64,000 nucleotides of DNA from Eledone cirrhosa (Eukaryota). The DNA is taken from the NCBI GenBank assembly GCA_964016885.1, contig OZ024755.1:30318001-30382000 (forward strand), read 5' to 3'. Shown one piece after another: positions 29,502 through 50,107 of the stretch. The notes below the pieces were generated by a model. It did not search any database. It was given only the letters and a program-made list of their open reading frames with translations, and had not been told where the DNA came from. Positions within the stretch are counted from its first letter, which is position 1. Each line of letters begins with the position of its first letter. A program made the translations under genes and the position numbers.

Positions 29502-30226
29502 ATTATGTATTTTCTCGTCGGTGGATTGGCAGTATCGGTAGAGGGTCGGACGCCATGCTCTCCAGCATAGTTACGTCCCTTTACTATCTGAGTTCAAATC
29601 CCGCCGAGGTTGACTTTGTCTTTCATCCTTACGGGGTCGATAAAATAAAGTACCAGTAATGCACTGGGTAATTGCTGGCCTTGTGCCTAAAGTAGAAACA
29701 ATTATGTATTTTCTCGTCGGTGGATTGGCAGTATCGGTAGAGGGTCGGACGCCATGCTCTCCAGCATAGTTACGTCCCTTTACTATCTGAGTTCAAATCC
29801 CGCCGAGGTTGACTTTGTCTTTCATCCTTACGGGGGTCGATAAAATAAAGTACCAGTAATGCACTGGGTAATTGCTGGCCTTGTGCCTAAAGTAGAAACA
29901 ATTATGTATTTTCTCGTCGGTGGATTGGCAGTATCGGTAGAGGGTCGGACGCCATGCTCTCCAGCATAGTTACGTCCCTTTACTATCTGAGTTCAAATCC
30001 CGCCGAGGTTGACTTTGCCTTTCATCCTTACTGGGTCGATAACATAAAGTACCAGTAATGCACTGGGTAATTGCTGGCCTTGTGCCTAAAGTAGAAACAA
30101 TTATGTATTTTCTCGTCGAGGTTAACTTTGCCTTTCATCCTTACGGGTCGATAAAATAAAGTACCAGTAATACACTGGGTTAATTGCTGGCCTTGTGCCA
30201 AAAGAAGAAACAATTATGTATTTTCT
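29502..30226 (+). mobile_element. Tandem array of ~199-bp SINE-plus-flank units (3 full, 1 internally deleted)
   Basis: ATTATGTATTTTCTCGTCG at 29502, 29701, 29901 and 30100. The last unit jumps to GAGGTTAAC. Confidence 0.9.
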
Positions 30227-30475
30227 CAAATCTGATAATTATTTTATCGATTTCTGTTTGTCAAAGCACTATATTGTGAAACAAACACAGACACAGATAC
30301 AAATAGATAATTGCTATTTGCATTGATTCCGTGTTTTAGACTAAATATGTATTTAATTACGGCTCCAAACATGTGTGACATGCAAATGGGAATGACCATT
30401 TCCCGTATTTCCTGCATTCTGAACGGCACACAGGGCTTTTTAACCTATATACACTCATATATATATATATATACA

Positions 30476-30545
<70 letters not shown>

Positions 30546-30666
30546 AAAGTTTTATTTAAAATTGTTGGGTTACAACAAGTAAATATTTCATAACCGATAT
30601 AAAGCACTCGACAAGTTTTTGGAGTAGATATTAAATAAATGGAAACTATATTTATAAAACCATATT

Positions 30667-30732
30667 TATTTCATTATACATATTTCAGGGATACCATATT
30701 AAAAATATGGCATGCCTTCGTCAAATAAAATA
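30667..30732 (-). ncRNA. Type I hammerhead with a C3->U change (U3.G8)
   Basis: Minus strand: TATTTTAT-TTGACGA-AGGC ATGCCATATT/AATATGGTAT CCCT-GAAA-TATGTA-TA-ATGAAATA. Same stem I as the 49088 ribozyme. Confidence 0.65.
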
Positions 30733-30784
30733 CAATATATAAACAATTTTATAAATAATGTTGACGTACCATAAATATAAGCGA

Positions 30785-30859
<75 letters not shown>

Positions 30860-30861
30860 TA

Positions 30862-31249
30862 TATTAATAAAAGGAATTCCAACTTTGCCTGATTTACTAG
30901 TTTTATTTACAATCTTTTAAAATTTTATAATGGTATTAGAATGAAATACTATGGTAGAATATTAAATGTTAAGTGTTAATTGAACAAGTGCTTTCGCAAT
31001 CTTCAAGTTAGTATTCTGTGGTGACAGTCAAGTTTGCAATTTTCAACAGTTGAAAATTGCCATCGTGACTGTCACCACAGAATCGGAACCTGAAGATTGC
31101 GAAAGCATGAAAGTACTTGTTCAATTAACACTTAACATGTAACATTCTACCATAGTATTTCATTCTAATACCATTATAAATTTTAAAGGATTGTAAATAA
31201 AACGAGTAACGAGTAAATCAGACAAAGTTGGAATTCTTTTATTAATATA
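30862..31249. mobile_element. ~185-bp-arm inverted repeat (PLE-end-like) next to (TA)n
   Basis: Arms complementary around ~31048. HHR in the right arm. The left-arm mirror has an internal deletion. Confidence 0.8.
31086..31122 (+). ncRNA. Minimal type I hammerhead
   Basis: GAAC-CTGAAGA-T TGC GAAA GCA T-GAAA-GTAC-TT-GTTC. U.U at 10.1/11.1. Palindromic stem III. Confidence 0.7.
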
Positions 31250-31284
31250 ATCTTCTATACACAGTCATACACACCCGTGTATAT

Positions 31285-37432
<6,148 letters not shown>

Positions 37433-40041
37433 TTATTCCTCACTTTTAAGCAGAATAGATTTTATCTTTTCCATAAAAATTGAAGATGACAAATGTTTTC
37501 TGTTTTTTTTCTGCAACTGGGAATCGTCAAGCATTAACAGAAAGTGAGAATGTAAATCCTATTTATATGTATAGCTTCAGCCTCGAGAAATAAAGAAAAA
37601 AAAATATTAAAAGATTTGAAAGCCATAGAAGCTCGTAAATGGGAGGAGTAACATAATTTGTAAAAATCAGATACACGTGCTTATGGTGTTGAAACTCACA
37701 GCATATTGTGTAAGTTTTCCTTTGAAATATAAGCAATAATTTCGATTGTTACTTGTATTGCTGAATTTACCGTAGAGCCCATACGTAAGTCAGATTATTA
37801 TTTATTGCTTGCATCTTCATGAAATAGATACGATATTTTGTTTTACTTAGGCTAGTCAATATATTCAATGTGAATCAATATCATTTATTCAAAAGCATAA
37901 AACAAACCTTATTTAGTAAGAAAACATTTAAAAAAAGGGGAAACAAAAGGAAAGAGAGAATAGGGAAATATAGAAAAAAAAAGAGAATAAAGGAGAGAAA
38001 GAAAGAAGGGAAAGAACGGGAAAGGAAGGGCGTGGCAAGAGCTCTTGTGTCGCAGAACAGAGGCGAGGGAGGTTGATTGGTTTTGGGGCCTGGAGCAAGG
38101 GGGAAGGAGTGCTTCGCCCCACGGACAAGACGGCAAAAGCATTCCCCAGACGATGGCCAGTGACACCCGCTGCAACAGCTTAGATACTTTTTTGAATAAA
38201 TAATTTTTAAATACATTTAATATGTTTTATTGTTTGTGTTAATGGGATTATATAGGATTTGGTACATAAAATGTATGTGATCATTCAATATAATGAAATT
38301 GAAGGTATTAGATGTATGGAAAGAGAAGCTTATATTAAGACAAAAGTAGAGTAAGTGAAGGTTAATGTAATTACAAGTCCGATAGAAGTAGAGTGACTGT
38401 GTATACAGGAGACATATACCTTCGTAATTTCTTACCATCTATTAATCTTTAGTGAGAGAGGATCTGTAGTATATTTGTCGCTTTCGATATAAATTTTTAG
38501 AGACAAAATTTTAAAATTTACTCTGCATAAACCTTTGGTTTTATTTGTTTAACGCAGAGGAAATCTATAATAATTTTGAAGTTCTTTAACAATCAAAATG
38601 CGTTGAAATAACAAATAAACATATATACCTAGAAATATATCTAGCCATTTCTCACTGAAATTATCACGCAAAAGAAACAACCAATGTCTTATATATGTGC
38701 CGTTTACTTTTTGGATGAAGTGAAACAAAAAACAAAAAACCGTTGAAATAAATATAAATCCCACAGCGACAAATATTGGCAACTAATTTGCTCTTCCAAC
38801 AGGTTTTAAGACACATAAATAAAGTAAGCAATGATATCCAAATAAATACATACGAACAATAGAAATACGAAGTAATCATACGATCGGGCAAAGCAAATCT
38901 TGAAAGTAAAATGTTGTAGTTTGCTTGAAGCATTGTATAATATATATAATGTGGAAAGAGATAGAAGGCTAAACAATGTAAAATGGGCTGTAAGATAAGA
39001 TAACGAAAAGTAAGTTACCTGGCAATCCTTTTTTTCTGTTGTTGTTCTTTTTTCTGTCCAACCACCGATCTGCATCAACATCCATTGTGAATACGTATAC
39101 GAAACTAAAATGCAGTTCCCTAACCTAGATCTCTATCCAAAACCCAAGATATTACCTCATGTACCGATATTGTAGAAAAAAATGGTCTCTTCCTTAATAA
39201 TGGAAAACCCGATTCTTAAAAAATTAACTTTACCACTACAAATTACTGATATCAATTTAAAATTGAACATCCCATTTTCACCTGGAAAAGTGACGCTTTA
39301 AAGTATTTCTTCAAAATATTTAATCTCACACAGAACATTATTAATAAATTAATCTCAAACAACTCACTCGCATGGTCCAAATTATCCACCAAGAATTATA
39401 TCTTCAAAGAATCAACTTTTTTCTATAGCGATGTTCTCTCAAACGTAGAATGAAATACAAATGTCGTGTACACAGAGTACATCACTAGAAGCAAAACTTG
39501 TAGAAACAGAAAAAGAAATAACATTTGATAAAAGCCAATTTTACTTTACCTGTAGCAATCCCACAGCGCACTACTTCATTAAATTTTCCAGGAAAGATAT
39601 TCTTACACAACACAAGTTAAAATACTGATAAAAATACTATTGCAATCTTCTACTCCATCTACTTCCAATTTTATACTGCTTTCTGCCTCATTCAACTTAT
39701 GCTAATGCAAACAGCCCACAATTCACCTAAAAGCCAATCATTACAGCTTTAGAAACTAATAATTAAATGCTAACTCTAAATGTGAACGTATAGAATCCAA
39801 GTTCAACCGACTAACTAATGATTCTTCTAATATATAGAGACTTCACTTCAATTTTATTCAAACTCAAGTAAAACCAACATAGAAGCAGAGATACACCACT
39901 CTTCTGTTTTGTTTAGGATTCTATGGACTACTAATTGCGAAATGCTACCATCCATATTGAAGGATCACCAAATTATGAGAACATGCCCAAATCATCCCAT
40001 TATGAACAGCATTGCACAAGAAATGTTATCATTTATATGCG

Positions 40042-42498
40042 TGTGGTACATGCAAACACTTATACTACTGTGATACATGCAAACACTCATAGTACTATGG
40101 TACATACAAACACTTATACTACTGTAGTACATGCAAACACTCATAGAACTGTGGTACATGCAAACACTTATACTACTGTGGTACATGCAAACACTTATAC
40201 TAATGTGGTACATACAAACACTTATACTATTGTGGTACATGCAAACACTTATACTACTGTGGTACATGCAAACACTTATACTACTGTGGTACATGCAAAC
40301 ACTTATACTACTGTGGTACATGCAAACACTTATACTAATGTGGTTCATGCAAACACTTATACTACTGTGGTACATGCAAACACTTATACTACTGTGGTAC
40401 ATGCAAACACCTATACTACTGTGGTACATGCAAACACATACTACTGTGGTACATGCAAACACTTATACTAATGTGGTACATGCAAATACATACTACTGTG
40501 GTACATGCAAACACTTATACTACTGTGGTACATGCAAACACTTATACTTCTGTGATACATACAAACACTCATACTACTGTGGTACATGCAAACACTTATA
40601 CTACTGTGATACATACAAACACTTATACTAATGTGATACATACAAACACTTATACTACTGTGATACATACAAACACTTATACTACTGTGGTACATGCAAA
40701 CACTTATACTAATGTGGTACATGCAAACACTTATACTACTGTGGTACATACAAACACCTATACTACTGTGGTACATACAAACACTTATACTAATGTGGTA
40801 CATACAAACACTTATACTAATGTGGTACATACAAACACTTATACTACTGTGGTACATACAAACACTTATACTAATGTGGTACATGCAAACACTTATACTA
40901 CTGTGGTACATACAAACACATATACTACTGTGGTACATGCAAACACTTATACTACTGTGATACATGCAAACACTTATACTAATGTGGTACATACAAACAC
41001 TTATACTACTGTGGTACATGCAAACACTTATACTACTGTGGTACATGCAAACACCTATACTACTGTGGTACATGCAAACACATACTACTGTGGTACATGC
41101 AAACACTTATACTAATGTGGTACATGCAAATACATACTACTGTGGTACATGCAAACACTTATACTACTGTGGTACATGCAAACACTTATACTTCTGTGAT
41201 ACATACAAACACTCATACTACTGTGGTACATGCAAACACATACTACTGTGATACATACAAACACTTATACTAATGTGGTACATGCAAACACTTATACTAC
41301 TGTGGTACATACAAACACCTATACTACTGTGGTACATGCAAACACTTATACTACTGTGGTACATGCAAACACTTATACTACTGTGGTACATGCAAACACT
41401 TATACTACTGTGGTACATGCAAACACTTATACTACTGTGGTACATGCAAACACCTATACTACTGTGGTACATGCAAACACATACTACTGTGGTACATGCA
41501 AACACTTATACTAATGTGGTACATGCAAATACATACTACTGTGGTACATGCAAACACTTATACTACTGTGGTACATGCAAACACTTATACTTCTGTGATA
41601 CATACAAACACTCATACTACTGTGGTACATGCAAACACTTATACTACTGTGATACATACAAACACTTATACTAATGTGGTACATGCAAACACTTATACTA
41701 CTGTGGTACATACAAACACCTATACTACTGTGGTACATGCAAACACTTATACTACTGTGGTACATGCAAACACTTATACTACTGTGGTACATGCAAACAC
41801 TTATACTACTGTGGTACATGCAAACATCTATACTAATGTGGTACATACAAACACTTATACTAATGTGGTACATACAAACACCTATACTACTGTGGTACAT
41901 GCAAACAGTTATACTACTGTGGTACATGCAAACACATACTACTGTGGTACATACAAACACTTATACTAATGTGGTACATACAAACACTTATACTAATGTG
42001 GTACATACAAACACTTATACTACTGTGGTACATGCAAACACTTATACTACTGTGGTACATGCAAACAGTTATACTACTGTGGTACATGCAAACACTTATA
42101 CTACTGTGGTACATACAAACACTTATACTAATGTGGTACATACAAACACTTATACTACTGTGGTACATGCAAACAGTTATACTACTGTGGTACATGCAAA
42201 CACTTATACTACTGTGGTACATGCAAACACTTATACTACTGTGGTACATGCAAACAGTTATACTACTGTGGTACATGCAAACACTTATACTACTGTGGTA
42301 CATACAAACACTTATACTAATGTGGTACATACAAACACTTATACTACTGTGGTACATGCAAACAGTTATACTACTGTGGTACATGCAAACACTTATACTA
42401 CTGTGATACATGCAAACACTTATACTACTGTGGTACATGCAAACAGTTATACTACTGTGGTACATACAAACACTTATACTAATGTGGTACATGCAAAC
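40042..42498. repeat. 27-bp minisatellite (~90 copies), consensus ACTGTGGTACATGCAAACACTTATACT
   Basis: 27-bp period, reading as TVVHANTYT repeats. Occasional 25-bp variants shift the frame. Confidence 0.95.
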
Positions 42499-43824
42499 GC
42501 CATTGTTATTATGTTCTATATATTTTTCTTGGCTATATATTGTGATATATTTCTCACTTATATATTTCAAACTTTATCTATATTTTAAATTTTCTATAAT
42601 CATATTTCCATTATATATAAATTTACGCATACCAATGTTTCCACCAACATGTTATGGTGACTGTATGTTGGCATATGTTAGCACTCATGTATCACCCATC
42701 AATCCAAAACCTAACATCCTAGCATGATATTATCTTAGTTAAACACCTTCCATAATGAAAGAAACCAAATATTCAAATTTATTTATTATGAGAAAATGTC
42801 GGGTCAATATATTATCTAGAAAATCAACTCAACAAATCCCATTGTTTCCAAGTAGTTATTAGTAATAAATAATAGTTGTACTAACGTACCGCAGAAGAAA
42901 ATTCCGCAGTAACAAGCGAAATTTATATTCATGTTTCCGAAAACAGATAATCAGAAAAACATATACACTACAATGGAAACAAAAGTTATTTGAGTTAACA
43001 ACTTAAAATCAAGAGTTGAATGTACCCCTGGGGACGATAAAACGTGGATAGGGAAGCCATTAAACAGTAGGGTCCCCGACGCTAATTATAGTATTTTTAG
43101 AGGACTTAAGCGAGAAGTTAGATGTATAAACAACATTTGATTGACTTACGAAGCACTAGGAAATCTGAAATTTGAAAATTATAGACCCTGAAATGCAAAT
43201 ATCAATAATAACCCTTCATAAATATAAATACTATTTCTTACAATTCTTAGTTTTTATGGTTGATATTCCTCATTTTTCCTACTCAGCAGTGCGGCTGTTC
43301 TACAGAACAGGTCACATGTAGAGGATGGGATAGGGATATTGTTAGTTGCGATATAAGTGGAAATAAGAAACACTGGAAACAAACAGTTGTAAGCTATTAG
43401 AGAAGAGGGAGCAATAGGTGACATTGTTAGCGCCCAAAAAAATCCTTACAACCCTGCGATGTAGTTACATCGAGTCGAGTAATGGCCACCTCTAAAAAAA
43501 GCCTAAGATTTGCGGATCTGAGAAAATTACCAAATTAGTAGCTGGCGTGAATAAGACCAAACAAAAACTGCAGTTTTGTAAGTTTCAATAAAAACAACCA
43601 TAGTACATCATTATTCACGCGAGGTAACAAGGGGCCTTAGTTAGAGGGATGTTTTCGAAACATATATTACAGTCTCCATCTAATGCGGTAAAACCTGGAG
43701 ATAGGCTTGTTACATTTCCTAGGAGACATACTGTTGCCGCTCTAGTTCATAATCTTCATGAATGTGATTAACTTGCGCAGCTGGGTTCTAAGTGGTATGA
43801 AAACAGGCCGGTGTCGGATCAGTT

Positions 43825-44062
43825 GATTCGAATTTGCAGACAACATGAAACTATACTTGTCAGAAAGTGATCTCCAACAGGCACTGGATAGGTTTGCTGC
43901 GGCAGGGATGAAAATATGGGCTGCGCAGACTGGGACACATATCCTCGCAAGAAAGTCTGCTCAGTGGACACAGCATGTGAGTGGAGCTACACTGAATCAG
44001 CTTGAAAAGTTCAAGTATCTCAGGGTTGTTTTTAGGAGTTATGGAAAAGTGGCTGAATTTTG
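43825..44062 (+). mobile_element. Decayed RTE-type reverse transcriptase fragment
   Basis: FADN..LSESDLQQALDRFAAAGMKI....LNQLEKFKYL resembles LINE RT subdomains 5-7. Confidence 0.65.
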
Positions 44063-44104
<42 letters not shown>

Positions 44105-44771
44105 CAAGGAGGAGGCTAGCCCACTGTGCAGGATCTGTGGAGAGAGAGAGGAGACTGTGGCTCACATTGTATCCGAGTGTAAACACCTAGCCCAGACTCA
44201 CTATAAAGGCTGGAGACATGATGTGATGGGCAGGGTGATCCACTGGCACCTATGCAAAGTAAACAATTTACCACATTCTGAGAAGTGGTATGAGCATAAG
44301 CCAGAGTCGGTGATAAAAAACGATCAGGTGAAGGTGCTATGGGATTTTAGGATACAGACGGACAAGTAACTGGAACACAATAGACCTGACCTTGTGGTTT
44401 TGGACAAGGAAAAAAGATCGTGCCTGATTGTGGATGTGGTCTGCCCATTCGACACGAGAGTGTAAGAAAAGGAGAGGGAGAAAATTAACCGATACCAGGA
44501 CTTAAAGTGGGAGGTAAAAAGGATTTGGAACTTCCATGAAGTCAAAGTGGTCCCGATTGTCATAGGCGCACTAGGTACTATTTCAAGGAGTTTCCAGGGA
44601 TGGTTAAAGAAGATTAGTCCAGCCCCGCTTTTTGGAACACTTCAAAAGGCATGCTTGCTGGGAACAGCAAGAACCCTCCGATACGTCCTGAATATCTGAG
44701 GCTGCAGGTAGTGGCTTGATATTCATTTCAACAAACTTTCCAGTTAAATAACATCATGACTGAGACTCAAA

Positions 44772-44773
<2 letters not shown>
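44105..44773 (+). mobile_element. 5'-truncated R4/Dong-like RLE non-LTR retrotransposon inserted in (TAA)n
   Basis: CCHC knuckle CRICGEREETVAHIVSEC, RHD, LWDFRIQTD, RPDLVV..D RLE motif and PIVIGALG. Two in-frame stops, terminal stop at 44697-99. (TAA)n at 44065-44104 and 44774-44823. Confidence 0.9.
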
Positions 44774-44821
<48 letters not shown>

Positions 44822-44823
<2 letters not shown>

Positions 44824-44982
44824 TGTTTCTTATTTTTGGCACAAGGCCAGCAAATACCCAGTGCATTACTGGTACTTTGTTTTATCGACCCCGTAAGGAT
44901 GAAAGACAAAGTTAACCTCGGCGGGATTCGAACTCAGAATGGCAAGGGCCGTAACTCTATGCGTCAAAGCATAACGTCCGAC
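44822..44982 (-). mobile_element. SINE (Meta-like family)
   Basis: Reverse complement of the family core. Confidence 0.85.
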
Positions 44983-45837
44983 AAGAAGAAGAAGAAGAAG
45001 AAGAAGAAGAAGAAGAAGAAGAAGAGAAGAAAAAGAAGAAGAAGAAGAAATTCCCTTTTTTTTTCACATTTTCAATATATCTCATGATATACCTATAAAG
45101 AAGAATATTTTCTTATTTTCTATTAATGCTCGATAATTTCCGGTTGCAGAAAACATTTATAGTCCATTTGTTGGATTAAAATTTTGGAAAAAATAACACA
45201 TAAATTATTATATATTATAACAAACGCAGAGACACTCATACAAAAAGAGTGAAAGAAATGAAGAGTTGGAGAGGAAGAAAGCAAGAGAGGAGAAAGTCGA
45301 TAGATGAAACTCACTATTGACTTATGTCTATTCAATTCTTAATTTCTCTATTTCATCTGTCCAAACTCTTCGCTTATCTTATCTAATTTCTCTATTTCAT
45401 CTACCTATACTCTTCGTTTATGTTATCTAATTTGGAACTATTTTCGTGACCAGTCAGTTATTTTCATTTCATTTTGTTATTATCTGTTCAGCTCCGAAAT
45501 ACATATTGTAGGAAGGTTTTTACTAAATTATAGTAGGCATACTACAAGCTAGTGCATGTGTAGGGATATAAAAGTATAATTTTTCAATCGTGTAGTTAAC
45601 ACGTTTTCCACTCAGCCATTACGCTACTTATTATTATATATATATATTTCTTTTTTGCGTTACCTATATACAGGATATTCCTATTATGCCTGTAATATTG
45701 ATTCGAATGTAACTATTTTCCTTGTCACCATATTTTCCAATATTCAATTCTATCCAATTCTCTTTTGCACTAACACTCTGCTTTTTTTTTTCTCTTTTAG
45801 TGTAAAAACCCAGAATACGTCATATATTTTCTATTTC

Positions 45838-45889
<52 letters not shown>

Positions 45890-46340
45890 GTAATGATAAT
45901 AATAATAATTAAAAATACAAATGCGAAGTTATTCTCAAACATACTTCATATTGCTATATATTCCTCAGTATATTCAGTTATATATATTTATATATATATA
46001 ATTTTTTTTTTCTGAAGCATTCATATACCTACAATTCATTTAAAAGTTTCTAGCTTACTTTTTGTGTTTCAATCACAGATAATACTGAGCATTCAGTGAG
46101 CTGTTTGTGAAAATCTATTTAAAATAAAAGCTTTAATATATATGACGCTATTCACAATATTACCCTCGTTCGAAACAAAAGGTTTTACAGACATGTATAT
46201 ATATATAAAATGCACTGGTGCATCAAATTTGATATGAGCATGTACAAAAGACAATTGTTAACAATTGTGCACCATTAAGAACATTTGCAAATGAAATAAC
46301 GGAAACACATGTATCTCTCCTCCTTCTTAATCTTTCTACA

Positions 46341-46401
<61 letters not shown>

Positions 46402-46548
46402 TGTGTGTATAAGAGCGAGGGAGATCGAGTGTGTGTGTGTGTGCGCACGCGTGTGTATATATACATATACACACACACACACATACATACATACACATAT
46501 ATATATATATTTGACGAAAGTCGATCGACTGTCGATATATATATATAT

Positions 46549-46644
<96 letters not shown>

Positions 46645-46794
46645 GAAAAGAGATAGACAGGAGGGAGGGGGGGTTATAAATAGATTAAGGATTAATGAAA
46701 GATGAATGAATATAGATGTACGCAGAAAAAAGATCACCATTATTAGTGTGAATATTACAAATACTGTACATGTCACGATTTCTTTTTTACATAT

Positions 46795-48186
<1,392 letters not shown>

Positions 48187-48822
48187 AATGTTAATAGGGG
48201 AAAAGCCCTCTTATAATTGATACTACAGTTGATCTCAGCAACTTTGATTACCCAGATCCAATGAATAAGAGTCTACGGTTTCGTTACATAAGCTGTAAGT
48301 TAGAGAGAAGCTTAAGTTACATAAGCTGTAAGTTACAGAGAAGCTTTCATTGAATACATCCTAGCCACTTGAAATAGTTGTGATACAATGGGTAATATAG
48401 TTCAATATGAAAATAATGGAGTTGATATCAAATGAATGCTACTTATTATAGGCATACTGCGTTCAAGCTGACCTGCAAACAAACATCAAAATCATATATT
48501 CTGGTTTTTTTCCATTTAGTTTTTTTCCACGTAGGTTATTATTACGTGCTGCGCTTCTGAACTACTAATCTGCATTTCTTCTCCCTCTTAGCACGATTCG
48601 TATCGCCTCATGCGTCACATCCCCAAAATACCACAAGCAAGATTATGCCTTGCTTCTATTCTTCAGGACTTTAGCTTTTGCTATTTTGTTTTCACCCAGA
48701 TTTTTTAAAAGTCAAAAGTAAGCTACAAATAATTCATATGGACATCAAAGTTTCTGAAATGATTGATACATCTACGACATAATGTTCAAGAGCTTGGTTT
48801 GATTTACAATTATATATATATA

Positions 48823-48865
<43 letters not shown>

Positions 48866-48868
<3 letters not shown>

Positions 48869-49003
48869 ACCGAGTAGGACCCCGACGGCTTGAGCTCAGC
48901 CGTCGGGGTCCTACTCGTTCCTATTACCCACTCTACTACCCTAAGTATTGAGTACTTTGGTGCGTTATGGTCCACCCGGTTCCTTACCACATTTCCTTCG
49001 TTA
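48866..49003 (+). mobile_element. Short TA-flanked repeat with a fold-back end (family also at 51137-51272, 54150-54297, 61930-62088)
   Basis: Shared GCTCAGCCGTCGGGGTCCT...CCTATTACCCACTCTACTACC...GAGTACT.TGGTGCGTTATG. Hairpin at 48866-48925. Confidence 0.7.
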
Positions 49004-49077
49004 TATATATATATATATATATAATTGTATGTTGATTTAACACTTCACTGCTCGCAAGTGTTTTTTAAGCTTCATAT

Positions 49078-49162
49078 CATGTCTCCCTATTTTATCTGAT
49101 GAGAACGCAAATATCATCCCATGATGATATTTGTTTTTGAAATGCGCATAATAAAATACATG
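49078..49162 (+). ncRNA. Type I hammerhead ribozyme with extended stem II
   Basis: Stem I TATTTTAT/ATAAAATA plus CATG/CATG past a 6-nt bulge. CTGATGA 49096-102. 12-bp GCAAATATCATC/GATGATATTTGT stem II. GAAA 49139-42. TGCGCA stem III. AUA site. Confidence 0.88.
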
Positions 49163-49299
49163 GAACTCTTTTAACCATCTTTTGATCTTATATTATTTAT
49201 ACTCCAGTCCTATAAACTGTGGAGTGCTACTTATCCGATATTCGCATTGCTTTATTGTGCTACAATAAAACTCACCTCCTACACACACACACACACATA

Positions 49300-49373
<74 letters not shown>

Positions 49374-49377
<4 letters not shown>

Positions 49378-49768
49378 CAACTCTGGATGTCGGTGAGCAT
49401 GTCCAGCCAACCTCAGTCTCCTCTGTGTCACTTTTGAGCTGACTTTTGGGATGCTCCCATACAGCTCTGAGTTTTTCATCCTCAGTGTATACTGATTAAT
49501 GTTCAGAGCCATCCTCAGCATTCTCGTGTAGCACCCATCCACCATCTGAGTGAGTTTCTTGGTCAGTGTCCAAGTCTCAGACCCATACAGCAGCACAGAC
49601 TCCACTACATGGAGACACTAGAAGAGGAAGACCAAGGTTAACATATGTTGATGCCCTAAGGACAGACACTGGTCTGTTGGAGATGCAGGATATGGCAGCG
49701 ATAATGAGGGACAGAGACCGCTGGAGAGAACTCGTCCATGGATCTCGGGAATTTTACCCGCCTTAGAT
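49374..49768 (+). mobile_element. RTE-type LINE 3' end with an inverted 5' segment, in (TA)n
   Basis: Minus 49374-49607 encodes VESVLLYGSETWTLTKK...RLRLAGHAHRHPELT. Plus 49608-49766 continues HGDTRRGRPRLTYVDAL...DRDRWRELV. Confidence 0.88.
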
Positions 49769-49990
49769 ATATATATATATATATATATATATACTTCCCA
49801 GCCAACCTTAGCATGCCTCATTAAGCTAACTGCTGCCAAAACATTCTCTCTTCACAATCTCTACTAGTCTGACAGTCTTAAACCCTAAGACTCCCTCCAC
49901 CTTACTCACTTCCCTCTTCCCCTTCTCTTCCTACCTCCTTCTTTATCTTTTATCTAGTGTATAAAATATTTTCATATCATTCTAATACAA

Positions 49991-50107
49991 AGGTCTGATG
50001 ACATGGTGTGTTGGCTTACAGTGTACTTTCGGTTTTTGATAATATTTGTGTATTATTCAAGTAGCGAGGTATAGGTAACTCATACACTATAGAAACAATT
50101 GTTACCT
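49991..50107 (+). ncRNA. Type I hammerhead with a ~75-nt insertion in stem-loop II
   Basis: AGGT-CTGATGA-(C)ATGGTGT...ACACTAT(A)-GAAA-CAATTG-TT-ACCT-AATAAA, at the 3' end of a TA-flanked pyrimidine-rich cassette (49793-50135). Confidence 0.7.

Noticed and set aside
39019-39610. Minus-strand exon-like segments ending in AG|GTAA (MDVDADRWLDRKKNNNRKKGLP)
   Set aside because: Short, no homology recognised, and cannot be linked into a gene model.
39935-42727. TVVHANTYT repeat protein, or a CRISPR-like array
   Set aside because: Pure tandem 27-mer with frameshifting variants, no unique spacers and no cas genes, in a eukaryotic context.
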